DNA of 64,000 bases, from the NCBI GenBank assembly GCA_026391195.1, contig JAPLEI010000078.1, forward strand, positions 28,658 to 92,657. The letters are read 5' to 3'. Below the pieces are notes generated by a model that saw only the letters and a program-made list of their open reading frames with translations, searched no databases and was not told the DNA's origin. The stretch comes from Bacteroidota bacterium. Its GTDB lineage: Bacteria; Bacteroidota; Bacteroidia; Chitinophagales; Chitinophagaceae. The translations under genes were made by a program, and so were the position numbers. The first letter of the stretch is position 1. The number at the start of each line of letters is the position of its first letter. Positions 17,357-27,465 of the stretch are shown piece after piece.

Positions 17357-20300
17357 ATGCCATTAAAAAACCAACTGTTTTTGCGGAGTGCTATGCTCTC
17401 GCTTGTTTTCCTTCTCTGCAGTATCGGTGTTTTCGCACAGAAAGCCGTTATTGGAAAAATCACCAACAAATCAACAGGTCAGCCGATTGCAGGGGCTACT
17501 GTTTCTGTTAAGGGTTCTACTGCTGCTTCTGTTACAGGCAACGATGGTACTTTTTCCATCAATGCGCCGGCCAATGCTACCCTTGTGGTATCATATGTTG
17601 GTTTTGAAACTATTGAGCAGGCGGTAGGCGGAAAATCTGATTTTACTTTCTCGCTAAGCGAAGCCACCAACCAGCTGAATGAAGTACTGGTTACCGGTTA
17701 CTCGGCTCAACGTAAGAAAGACATTACCGGATCCGTGTCTGTAGTAAACGTAAAAGATTTGAAAGCAGTTCCTGCTGGTAGTCCTGAACAAATGTTACAG
17801 GGTCGTGCTTCCGGTTTGAACGTAATCACTTCTGGTCAGCCCGGTTCTGGAAGTAATATCCGTATTAGGGGTATTACTAACTTCGGTAATGTGGATCCGC
17901 TGGTTATTGTGGATGGGGTTCAGGGAAGTTTGTCTAACCTGAATGCCGCTGAAATTGAATCTATTCAAGTTTTGAAAGATGCCGGTGCCGCCTCTATATA
18001 TGGTGTGCGTGGTTCGAATGGGGTAATTGTGGTAACTACTAAAAGAGGTCGTTCTGGCCGTGCAGTGGTTACTTACGAAGCATACATCGGTAAGCAAAAG
18101 CCGGCTTCTGGTAATCCATTTAATTTGCTCGACACAAAAGGCATGGCTGACTTAACTTGGTTAGCATTAAAAAATTCCGGACAGCCTACTAACCATCCTC
18201 AGTATGGAAGTGGCGCCACCCCAGTTATTCCTGATTATATATTAAATGGAGGTGCTGCCGGTGTTATAGGTACTATTTCTGCTGCCGACCTCGCAAAATA
18301 CAATGTGTCGGATTTCAGCAAACCTATCTATCAGATTGTAGCTGCCAATAAGCAAGGTACCAACTGGTTCCAAGAGATTTTTGCTCCAGCCGGAATTCAA
18401 AGCCATACAGTAACGGCCAGTGGTGGTAATGATAAAAATACCTACCTCTTGTCGATGAACTATTTTAATCAGCAGGGTACTTTGATAGGTACTTATCTGA
18501 AGCGCTATTCTATCCGCGCTAACACTACGTATAACATTTCTAAGAATATCCGTGTGGGTGAAAACCTTTACCTGTTCAACCGCGACAATCCGCAAATTGG
18601 CAACCAGAGTGAAGGAAATGCTATTTCGATGGCCTATCGTGAGCAACCAATTATCCCTGTATATGACGTGAATGGTGGATTTGCCGGTACGGCTGCAAAG
18701 GGTTTAGGTAATGCCCAAAATCCGGTGGCTAACCAAATGCGCACTTTTGATAACAAAGGAAATTCCTGGGATATTCAGGGTAATGTGTTTGCTGAGGTTG
18801 ATTTCTTGAAACACTTTACTGCAAGAACTGCATTTGGTGGTACCATGAGTAATTTCTATTATTACAATTATGGATACAGATCCTATGAAAATGCAGAGAA
18901 CAATGGTTCTAATTCATTCAGCGAAAATGCCGGGTATAACCGTCAGTGGACCTGGACCAACACTATTAAGTATAGCAATGTGTTCAAAGAGAAGCATGCA
19001 GTAACTGCATTGGCAGGTGTTGAAGCAGTAGAAGCATATGGAAGAGGGCTTGGAGGAGGTGCTTTAGGCTATTTCACCGACAACCCTGGTTTCCGCGTTT
19101 TAAATACCGGATCCTCTGGATTTACCAATTACAGCTATGCATATCAAAATGCTTTGTATTCTCAGTTTGCGAAAGTTGATTATGCCTATGATGATAAATA
19201 TCTGTTCAGTGCTACCATCAGAAGAGACGGATCATCCCGTTTCGGTTCTGAAAAGCGCTATGGTGTTTTCCCTTCATTCGCAGCAGCCTGGAGAATTTCT
19301 CGTGAAAAATTCATGAGCAATGTTAAGTGGATTGATGATATGAAAATTCGTGGTAGCTGGGGTAAACTCGGTAACCAAGCAAACGTAGATCCTTCCAATG
19401 CCTTCAGTCAGTTTGGTGGTAGTCCGGGTGGATCATACTATGATATCAACGGAGCCAGCACTTCTTCTGTGCAAGGATTTAATGCAACCAGAATTGGTAA
19501 CCCAAAAACAGGTTGGGAGGAAAATATCTTAACCAACTTTGGTGTAGACGCCTTGTTGTTTAAGAATAAATTAGATGTAAGTATCGAGTACTATAAGAAA
19601 ACTATTAACGGTCTGTTGTTTACCGATCAGGCGCCAGCAACTGTTGGTGGAGCTGCTTTGCCTTCTGTAAATATCGGAGACATTCAGAATACTGGTTTTG
19701 ATGCCTCGGTAACTTATCGTGGGGTTGCTAACAAAGATTTGAAATATGATGTGGGGGTTATTTTCACTACTTACAAGAGTTTAATCAATAGCATCCCCGG
19801 AAACTATTTCACTTCAGGTGGATCTAGAATAGGTGATTTTGTGAGAAATCAAGTGGGTAGCCCTATTGGTTCTTTCTACGGATATCAAGTAGTAGGTATT
19901 TTTCAGGATGCAGCGGATGTGTCTAAATCTGCCACACAAGATGGAGCTAAGCCCGGTAGATTTAAATATCGTGATGCGGATGGCGACAAAAACATCAGCG
20001 ATGCCGACCGCGTAATCTTTGGTAATCCAAACCCTAAGTTCACTTTAGGTTTAAACCTAGGAGCTTCTTATAAGAATTTTGATTTTTCTACATTCTTTTA
20101 TGGTTCTTTCGGAAACGATGTTGTAAACCTTGTTAAATATTGGACTGATTTCTATCCTTCCTTCCAAGGGGCTAAGAGCATCAATGCATTAAACAATTCA
20201 TGGTTGCCTACAAGAACGGCAACTAATGTTCCCATTGCCGAGAATGATGCAAGTTTCAGTACCAACCAAGTTCCTAACTCTTATTCCCTGGAAGATGGTA

Positions 20301-20536
20301 GCTATTTTAGATGTAAAACGATGATTTTAGGATATACCATGCCAACTGCTACTTTGAAGAAGTTTGGCATTGAGAAGTTGCGCTTGTATGTTCAGGCAGC
20401 TAACTTGTTTACCATTACTAAATACTCGGGTCTGGATCCAGAATTGTCTGGTTCTAATGCCGCCTTTGGAATTGATTATGGTAACTATCCCAACAATCAG
20501 CGTAATTTAAATATTGGCGTAAACGTAACTTTCTAA
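17357..20536 (+). CDS. SusC/RagA-family TonB-linked outer-membrane transporter
   Basis: 1059 aa. It has a signal peptide, a CarboxypepD_reg-like N-domain (GKITNKSTGQPIAGATVSVKGS), a plug region (LNEVLVTGY...IRIRGI) and a C-terminal ...NIGVNVTF. There is no STN signalling domain. Confidence 0.95.
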   Translation: MPLKNQLFLRSAMLSLVFLLCSIGVFAQKAVIGKITNKSTGQPIAGATVSVKGSTAASVTGNDGTFSINAPANATLVVSYVGFETIEQAVGGKSDFTFSLSEATNQLNEVLVTGYSAQRKKDITGSVSVVNVKDLKAVPAGSPEQMLQGRASGLNVITSGQPGSGSNIRIRGITNFGNVDPLVIVDGVQGSLSNLNAAEIESIQVLKDAGAASIYGVRGSNGVIVVTTKRGRSGRAVVTYEAYIGKQKPASGNPFNLLDTKGMADLTWLALKNSGQPTNHPQYGSGATPVIPDYILNGGAAGVIGTISAADLAKYNVSDFSKPIYQIVAANKQGTNWFQEIFAPAGIQSHTVTASGGNDKNTYLLSMNYFNQQGTLIGTYLKRYSIRANTTYNISKNIRVGENLYLFNRDNPQIGNQSEGNAISMAYREQPIIPVYDVNGGFAGTAAKGLGNAQNPVANQMRTFDNKGNSWDIQGNVFAEVDFLKHFTARTAFGGTMSNFYYYNYGYRSYENAENNGSNSFSENAGYNRQWTWTNTIKYSNVFKEKHAVTALAGVEAVEAYGRGLGGGALGYFTDNPGFRVLNTGSSGFTNYSYAYQNALYSQFAKVDYAYDDKYLFSATIRRDGSSRFGSEKRYGVFPSFAAAWRISREKFMSNVKWIDDMKIRGSWGKLGNQANVDPSNAFSQFGGSPGGSYYDINGASTSSVQGFNATRIGNPKTGWEENILTNFGVDALLFKNKLDVSIEYYKKTINGLLFTDQAPATVGGAALPSVNIGDIQNTGFDASVTYRGVANKDLKYDVGVIFTTYKSLINSIPGNYFTSGGSRIGDFVRNQVGSPIGSFYGYQVVGIFQDAADVSKSATQDGAKPGRFKYRDADGDKNISDADRVIFGNPNPKFTLGLNLGASYKNFDFSTFFYGSFGNDVVNLVKYWTDFYPSFQGAKSINALNNSWLPTRTATNVPIAENDASFSTNQVPNSYSLEDGSYFRCKTMILGYTMPTATLKKFGIEKLRLYVQAANLFTITKYSGLDPELSGSNAAFGIDYGNYPNNQRNLNIGVNVTF

Positions 20537-20570
20537 ACAGCGCCATCTAATCAAGTAAAAAAATTATAAC

Positions 20571-22304
20571 ATGAAACAATCAAAATTGAGAATCATTCTT
20601 GCAGGAGTTACAGCAGTTATCGTGCTGGCAGTTTCCTGTTCCAAGAGTTTTTTGGACAAAGCCCCTATTGGTTCTTTGGACCAAAATACCTTGGCCAATA
20701 AAGCAGGGGTAGAGGGATTATTAATCGGTGCTTACTCATTGCTGGACGGCTTTGGTGGTGCCGGCGGTGGCTGGCAAAGTGCTGGATCTAATTGGGTATA
20801 TGGTGGCGTTGTTTCCGATGATGCCTATAAAGGTTCCGACCCCGGTGACCAGGCAGATATCGTGCCCATCGAAACCTATGCACCTACAGCTTCTAATGGT
20901 TATTTTAACCAAAAATGGCAAGCCGTTTATGATGGTATCCAGCGTTGTAATGATGTATTGCGCATCATGGCTTCGGCTGGTGACATTACTGCTGCTGATA
21001 AACTTAAAATAGAAGCACAAGCCCGTTATCTGCGCGCCCACTATCATATGGAAGCTAAGAAAATGTGGAACAATGTGCCTTTCGTTGATGAAAAAATCAC
21101 CTATGCAGCTGGTAACTACAATGTTCCGAATACGGCTGATATCTGGCCTAATATCCTGGCTGATTTAGATTATGCGATTACAAATTTACCTGCAACACAA
21201 AGTCAGGTGGGTCGTGTTAATTCATGGGCTGCCAAATGCTTAAAAGCCAAAGCGCTGATGTTTAAGCGTGATTATGCTGCTGCTTTACCTATTCTGAAAG
21301 ATGTAGTTGCCAACGGACTTACTGCCGGTGGTAAGAAATACGATTTACAAGCTAATTTCTTCGACAATTTCAATGCAGAAACTAAAAACTCTGCTGAGGC
21401 GGTATTCTCTTGTCAGCAATCCGTTAACGATAACTCCGGTGGTAGTAACGGTGGCTGGGGAGATGTGTTGAACTTCCCTTACAATGGCGGTCCCGGTGGC
21501 TGCTGCGGATTCTATCAGCCTTCTGTAAGTTTGGCCAATTCATTTAAAGTAGATGCCAACGGTCTTCCTTTATTGGATACCTGGAATGCTTCTGATCTGA
21601 AAAACGACCAAGGCATTAACTCTACAGCAGCGTATACGCCTGATGTAACTACTCCGGTAGATCCACGTATAGACTTAACGATAGGTAGAAGAGGCATTCC
21701 TTATCTGGACTGGGGTACACACCCAGGTAACGACTGGATTCGCGATCAGAACAATGGCGGACCATACTCCCCTATTAAGAATGTTTACTTCAAGCGCCAA
21801 GCAGGTGCTTTAACCGATAATTCATTCTGGACTTCCGGTGTTACTGCTAATAACTACACTTTTATCCGCTTTGCCGACGTATTGTTATGGACAGCAGAGT
21901 GTGAAGTTGAAGTGGGTGCACTGGCAAATGCAGTAACATTTGTTAACAGAGTAAGAAGCCGAATGAAAGACAATCCTTCTAAGTGGGTAAAAGCTGCTGG
22001 CGGAGCAAACGCAGCCAACTACCAGATTGGATTATATACTGCATTCGCTGATCAGGCCACTGGTCGTAAAGCCGTACGCTTTGAAAGAAAGATTGAATTG
22101 GCCATGGAAGGACATCGATTCTTCGACCTAGTTCGCTATGGTACTGCTGATGTAGATCTGAATGCCTACATCGCAAGTGAAAAGGGAAAGCGAACTTACT
22201 TGACCAATGCCAAATTTACCAAGGGTAAAAACGAGTACTTCCCCATTCCTCAGAGTCAACTCGATTTGAGCAAGGGAACACTGAAGCAGAACCCTGGTTT
22301 CTAA
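20571..22304 (+). CDS. SusD/RagB-family nutrient-binding lipoprotein
   Basis: 577 aa. The lipobox and start AVSCSKSFLDKAP are typical of SusD-like proteins. It begins 34 nt after the SusC-like gene. Confidence 0.95.
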   Translation: MKQSKLRIILAGVTAVIVLAVSCSKSFLDKAPIGSLDQNTLANKAGVEGLLIGAYSLLDGFGGAGGGWQSAGSNWVYGGVVSDDAYKGSDPGDQADIVPIETYAPTASNGYFNQKWQAVYDGIQRCNDVLRIMASAGDITAADKLKIEAQARYLRAHYHMEAKKMWNNVPFVDEKITYAAGNYNVPNTADIWPNILADLDYAITNLPATQSQVGRVNSWAAKCLKAKALMFKRDYAAALPILKDVVANGLTAGGKKYDLQANFFDNFNAETKNSAEAVFSCQQSVNDNSGGSNGGWGDVLNFPYNGGPGGCCGFYQPSVSLANSFKVDANGLPLLDTWNASDLKNDQGINSTAAYTPDVTTPVDPRIDLTIGRRGIPYLDWGTHPGNDWIRDQNNGGPYSPIKNVYFKRQAGALTDNSFWTSGVTANNYTFIRFADVLLWTAECEVEVGALANAVTFVNRVRSRMKDNPSKWVKAAGGANAANYQIGLYTAFADQATGRKAVRFERKIELAMEGHRFFDLVRYGTADVDLNAYIASEKGKRTYLTNAKFTKGKNEYFPIPQSQLDLSKGTLKQNPGF

Positions 22305-22326
22305 ATTTATTTCACTAAGATTTATC

Positions 22327-22367
22327 GAAAGAGGCCGTGTAATACATGGCCTCTTTCTTATTTTTAT
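22327..22367 (+). terminator. Rho-independent terminator/attenuator between the susD-like gene and the VCBS gene
   Basis: Perfect 10-bp stem GAAAGAGGCC (22327-22336) / GGCCTCTTTC (22348-22357) followed by TTATTTTTAT. Confidence 0.8.
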
Positions 22368-22382
22368 GGATATTGTGCTGCT

Positions 22383-25300
22383 ATGCTACTCGCTCTAAAA
22401 AAAACACTGCTTCTAACAACCCTTCCTGTTAGTATTTCTCGTTTTGGATATGGGTTACTGTTTTACATTTTGATAACTTCCTGCAGTAAACCTACTTTAT
22501 TCGAAGCCATTCCTTCTGCTCACTCGGGCATTCATTTTGCCAACGTTATTAATGAAACAGATTCTGTTAACGTACTCGATTTTGAGAACGTGTATAATGG
22601 AGGTGGAATTGGCGTGGGCGACTTTAATAATGATGGGTTGCAGGACATCTATTTTTCCGGTAACCTGGTTTCCAATAAGCTCTATATAAACAAAGGCAAT
22701 TTTTCTTTCGCAGACATTACTGCTTCCGCAGGAGTGGGAGGAGATGGTAAATGGTGTCGCGGTGTTTCTGTGATTGATATTAACAACGATGGTAGGCTGG
22801 ATATCTATGTTTGTGCAACCCTGCTGAAAGATTCGGACAAGCGCGAGCATCTATTATATGTGAATCAAGGATTAGATAAATCGGGCAATCCTTATTTTAT
22901 CAATCAGGCTAAAGAATATGGACTGGGATTAACCAGTCATGGTACCATGGCCGCTTTCTTCGATTACGATAATGACGGCGATTTGGATGTATACATAGCC
23001 AATAACGAAATTGTAAAAAATGATTTCCCGAATCGCTTCCGTCCGGTTTTGAAAGATGGCTCCCATCCCAATACAGATCAATTATTGCAAAACGATTATA
23101 GCGAAACGCTGCATCATCCGGTATTTACCAATGTATCTAAGCAAGCAGGCATTTTGGTAGAAGGATATGCCCATGCAGTTAGCATCGCTGATTTTAATCG
23201 CGATGGATGGAAAGATATTTATGTGAGCAACGATTATTTATCAAGCGATTTACTCTGGATTAATAATCATAACGGAACCTTTACCGATCAGATGGCGATT
23301 TATTTTAAGCACAGTTCCGCCAATGCAATGGGAAATGATGTGATTGATATGAATAATGATGGGCTAAGTGATGTGATTGCACTCGACATGAATCCGGAAG
23401 ACAATTACCGGAAAAAAATGATGCTGAATCCCAATAGTTATCAAACCTATCAGAATTTAGAGTACTTCAATTATCATTTCCAGTATGTTCGAAATACATT
23501 ACAAATCAATCAGGGACCTCGCGTAATGGAGAACGATACCATCGGGCCACCGGTATTTAGTGATCTGGCTTTTTATGGGGGGGTAGCAGAAACTGACTGG
23601 AGCTGGACGCCCCTGGTAGCAGATTATGATAATGATGGCAATCGGGACATCATCATCACCAACGGGTTCCCGAAAGATGTAACCGACCACGATTTTGTGG
23701 CTTTCAGAAATACCTCCTATTCTGTTGCTACCAAAAAGCAATTACTCTCACAGATTCCGGAAGTAAAGATTCACAACTATGCCTATAAGAATCAAGGCAA
23801 TTTGCAATTCAACAATGCAACCGATGCTTGGGGACTAACCAAGCCCAGCTTTTCTAATGGTGCCGTATATGCCGATTTAGATAATGATGGCGATTTGGAT
23901 ATGGTAGTTAACAACATAAACGATGAAGCAGGAGTATATAAAAATACGTTGCGAGATAAAAAGTCGGAAGCGGCAAACTATTTACAAATAGAATTGAAAG
24001 GGGATTCCCTTAACCGCCTCGGCCTAGGAACCTGGATTGAATTATATGTGGCTGGAGGGAATCGGTTGAGTTTAGAAAATAGTCCCTACCGAGGATATCT
24101 TTCAACAGTAGATCCCGTGGCACATTTTGGTTTGGGAAAAAGTAGCCTGGTAGATTCTATTGTAGTACGTTGGCAAAATGGCGTTCAACAAACGATCAAA
24201 AAAGTGCAGGCCAATCAGCGTTTGGTGATTAAAAAATCAGACGCCCAACCTGTTCCGTTACAAGTGCAGCCGGTATTAGCCACGCAGGCTCTATTTAGGA
24301 ATATTACGCAGCAAGCTGCTTTGGGATATAAGCAGGAAGAAAAAGATTTTATAGACTTCAATATCCAAAAATTAATTCCGCATAAATTTTCTGAGTACGG
24401 ACCTGCATTAGCAGTGGGAGATGTAGATGGTAATGGACTGGAAGATCTGGTTATGGGTGGATCCTTCTCATTTAGTGCCCAAGTTTTTTATCAGCAGAAA
24501 GATGGCCGCTATTTGCAAAAGCCGTTAATAGCAAATGCCAACATCAACACCAAGCGTTGGGAAGATGAGGGCATGATTTTGTTTGATGCAGACGGTGATG
24601 GTGACTTAGACCTATATATTGCCAGTGGCGGATATGAGAATGAACACAATACAGTTGTTTATCAAGATAAGTTGTATGTGAATGATGGGAAAGGAAACTT
24701 TTCTGTTCACCCCAGCGCACTTCCTAAAGAGTTAACGAGCAAAATGTGTGTGCGGGCTTTTGATTACGACAAAGATGGCGACTTAGATTTGTTGATTACC
24801 GGAAGGGTGGATCCCTGGAATTATCCGAAGCCGGTATCTAGTTTCCTGTATCGGAATGATTCTAAAGATACCACCATACGATTTACAGATGTAACAGCTG
24901 CTGTGGCGCCTGCTTTGCAAAATATTGGAATGGTATGTGATGCATTGTGCAGCGATTTTGATGGGGATGGGTGGACGGATCTGGTATTGGCTGGCGAATG
25001 GATGTCCCCTACATTTTTACAGAATCAGCATGGTAAATTGGTACCCTATAATCTTGGTGCCGCCATCAGTGAAAAAACCGGTTGGTGGAATTCTATTGCT
25101 GCAGGCGATTTTGATAAAGATGGCGATATAGACTATGTGCTGGGCAATATGGGAAAGAATAGTTTTTATCGGGCCGACGCGCAACATCCGGCACGGATAC
25201 TCGGGGGCGATTTTGATAAGAACGGGAGCTATGATGCCATACCCTCTTTGTATCTGCCGGATACAAAGGGAAGAAAAAAAGAATTTCCTGCACAAAGCAG

Positions 25301-26009
25301 AGACGATTTGGTGAAGCAGATTATCAGTATGCGCAGCCGCTTTCAGAATTACAAGGGGTACGCAGTTGCTGGTATAGAAGAAGTATTATCGCCCGAGCAG
25401 AAAAAAATGGCGATTCAATTACAGGCTACTGAGTTTTCATCTGTTTGGCTCAAGAATAATGGCAAGGGTGGTTTTGAAATGATTGCATTGCCTCGCGAAG
25501 CACAGTATTCAACGCTGAATGGTATGGTGGTGGATGACTTTACCGGTGATGGCAATCTGGATATTGCTATCAATGGCAATGATTATGGAACTGAAGTTTC
25601 TGTAGGACGATATGACGCATTAAACGGATTGGTTTTGCAGGGAGATGGGAAAGGAAACTTTACGCCCCTCTCCATATTACAAAGCGGGATTTTTTTACCC
25701 GGCAACGGAAAAGCATTGGTACAAATTGCCGGAGCGAATGGACATACTCAAATAGCTGCCAGCGAAAACCGAGGTCCACTTCGGCTATTTGAATTGAAAG
25801 AAGCCCGAACAATGGTTCCGGTTTTACCTAAAGATATAAGTGCTACCTTTTACTGGAAAGATGGGAGCAAGAGTAAGTGTGAATTATATTATGGAACCTC
25901 TTTCCAATCTCAATCAGGCAGACATTTGTTGGTAAGTAATCGTGTAGAAAAAATTGAAATCATACAGTTGTCTGGTGAAAAACGAATGGTAACCTTACCA
26001 CATAAATAA
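22383..26009 (+). CDS. FG-GAP/VCBS-repeat lipoprotein with ASPIC/UnbV domain (CRTAC1-like)
   Basis: 1208 aa with the lipobox LITSCS. It has many FG-GAP-like repeats (GDFNNDGLQDIY, DYDNDGDLDVY, ADLDNDGDLDMV, ...). The UnbV/ASPIC-like segment reads GYLSTVDPVAHFGLGKSSLVDSIVVRWQNG. Confidence 0.85.
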   Translation: MLLALKKTLLLTTLPVSISRFGYGLLFYILITSCSKPTLFEAIPSAHSGIHFANVINETDSVNVLDFENVYNGGGIGVGDFNNDGLQDIYFSGNLVSNKLYINKGNFSFADITASAGVGGDGKWCRGVSVIDINNDGRLDIYVCATLLKDSDKREHLLYVNQGLDKSGNPYFINQAKEYGLGLTSHGTMAAFFDYDNDGDLDVYIANNEIVKNDFPNRFRPVLKDGSHPNTDQLLQNDYSETLHHPVFTNVSKQAGILVEGYAHAVSIADFNRDGWKDIYVSNDYLSSDLLWINNHNGTFTDQMAIYFKHSSANAMGNDVIDMNNDGLSDVIALDMNPEDNYRKKMMLNPNSYQTYQNLEYFNYHFQYVRNTLQINQGPRVMENDTIGPPVFSDLAFYGGVAETDWSWTPLVADYDNDGNRDIIITNGFPKDVTDHDFVAFRNTSYSVATKKQLLSQIPEVKIHNYAYKNQGNLQFNNATDAWGLTKPSFSNGAVYADLDNDGDLDMVVNNINDEAGVYKNTLRDKKSEAANYLQIELKGDSLNRLGLGTWIELYVAGGNRLSLENSPYRGYLSTVDPVAHFGLGKSSLVDSIVVRWQNGVQQTIKKVQANQRLVIKKSDAQPVPLQVQPVLATQALFRNITQQAALGYKQEEKDFIDFNIQKLIPHKFSEYGPALAVGDVDGNGLEDLVMGGSFSFSAQVFYQQKDGRYLQKPLIANANINTKRWEDEGMILFDADGDGDLDLYIASGGYENEHNTVVYQDKLYVNDGKGNFSVHPSALPKELTSKMCVRAFDYDKDGDLDLLITGRVDPWNYPKPVSSFLYRNDSKDTTIRFTDVTAAVAPALQNIGMVCDALCSDFDGDGWTDLVLAGEWMSPTFLQNQHGKLVPYNLGAAISEKTGWWNSIAAGDFDKDGDIDYVLGNMGKNSFYRADAQHPARILGGDFDKNGSYDAIPSLYLPDTKGRKKEFPAQSRDDLVKQIISMRSRFQNYKGYAVAGIEEVLSPEQKKMAIQLQATEFSSVWLKNNGKGGFEMIALPREAQYSTLNGMVVDDFTGDGNLDIAINGNDYGTEVSVGRYDALNGLVLQGDGKGNFTPLSILQSGIFLPGNGKALVQIAGANGHTQIAASENRGPLRLFELKEARTMVPVLPKDISATFYWKDGSKSKCELYYGTSFQSQSGRHLLVSNRVEKIEIIQLSGEKRMVTLPHK

Positions 26010-26016
26010 AGCGGGT

Positions 26017-27333
26017 ATGCAAAACAAATTATTCAGCAAAGCCTTAGTAATCGCTTGCTTGTTAACGATAGGGGGATGTAATTCAAAACCCGAACAGAAT
26101 CTTACACCGGTAGATGTATTGCTGGGGAATGAAGATCAGTTAACGCAGGTAATCATTTACGATGTATTTACGCCCCCGGTAAGCAGCCGGATTTATGTAT
26201 ATGCGTCTCTTGCTTCGTATGAGGCGATACGATATTCAAATCCGGCAGCAAAATCGATTACAGAAAAATTACATGGATTTGCCCCAATGCCTCAACCGGA
26301 GGCAGGCAAGCAATATGATTATACATTGGCCGCCACCAAAGCGTTTTTTACTTCGGTTCGTAAAATGGTTTTTTCTGTGGATTCATTAACGAAGTATGAG
26401 AATACGGTGTATGAAACATATAAACAGCAATTAGATAAAGAAACCTTCGAGCGATCTGTTGCATTTGGAGAAGCCGTGGGGAAGCAGGTGTTGGCAAGAG
26501 CTATTACAGACGGATATATCAAGTCGAGAGGAAAGCCTAAATACCTTGGCTCCAATGACCCTGGCAAATGGCGCCCAACGCCGCCTGATTATTTAGATGG
26601 GGTTGAGTGGTGTTGGAATACGATGAAACCTTTGGTGTTAGATTCGGCATCACAATGCAAGCCGGTACCGCCACCTGTGTATAGCACCGATACCGCCAGT
26701 ATGTTTTTCCGGGAGGCAAAAGAAGTGTATACTATCGGAAAAAATTTAACAGAAGAGCAGCGAACTATTGCCCGTTATTGGGACGACAATCCCTTTGTGA
26801 TAGAACATTCTGGACATATGATGTTTGGCAATAAAAAAATTACGCCTGGGGGTCACTGGATGGGAATTGCGGCAATTGCTGCCAAGCAAAGTAAGGTAGA
26901 TGCTGTTGCAACCGCAAGGGGATTTGCATTAACTGCGGTGGCATTGTATGATGCTTTTATCGCCTGCTGGGATGAGAAATACAGAAGTTCTGTAGTGCGC
27001 CCGGTTACGGTGATTAATGAACTGATTGATAAAAACTGGATTACCTTTTTACAAACTCCGCCATTCCCAGAATATACCAGTGGGCACAGTACTATTACTG
27101 CATCTGCAGCAACCGTATTGGCTGAGTTATACGGAAAGAACTATGCTTTTTTAGATACCAGTGACCTGGCCTACATTGGCATGCAGCGAAATTTTACTTC
27201 TTTTGAAGCAGCCGCTGCAGAAGCTTCCATCAGCAGGGTGTATGGGGGAATCCATTACAGAAACAGTGTAGATCAGGGGGCAGCTGCCGGAAAAAAAGTG
27301 GGCCAGCTGATTGTTGATCGGGTAATAAAATAG
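26017..27333 (+). CDS. PAP2-superfamily protein, vanadium-haloperoxidase/acid-phosphatase-like lipoprotein
   Basis: Lipobox TIGGCN. The PAP2 motifs are KYRSSVVRP, YTSGHS and SRVYGGIHYRNSVD. It begins 7 nt after the VCBS gene. Confidence 0.75.
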   Translation: MQNKLFSKALVIACLLTIGGCNSKPEQNLTPVDVLLGNEDQLTQVIIYDVFTPPVSSRIYVYASLASYEAIRYSNPAAKSITEKLHGFAPMPQPEAGKQYDYTLAATKAFFTSVRKMVFSVDSLTKYENTVYETYKQQLDKETFERSVAFGEAVGKQVLARAITDGYIKSRGKPKYLGSNDPGKWRPTPPDYLDGVEWCWNTMKPLVLDSASQCKPVPPPVYSTDTASMFFREAKEVYTIGKNLTEEQRTIARYWDDNPFVIEHSGHMMFGNKKITPGGHWMGIAAIAAKQSKVDAVATARGFALTAVALYDAFIACWDEKYRSSVVRPVTVINELIDKNWITFLQTPPFPEYTSGHSTITASAATVLAELYGKNYAFLDTSDLAYIGMQRNFTSFEAAAAEASISRVYGGIHYRNSVDQGAAAGKKVGQLIVDRVIK

Positions 27334-27465
27334 TGAATTGACATATAGTCCTTCCTCAACTTTGGAGATATGCATTAACCAGCATTTCCCTGTTGCCGAC
27401 CGGATTCAGGTATCTTTAATCAATTATTTACTGGTTGGCAGTCAACCTTGGGTGACAGGCACTAC

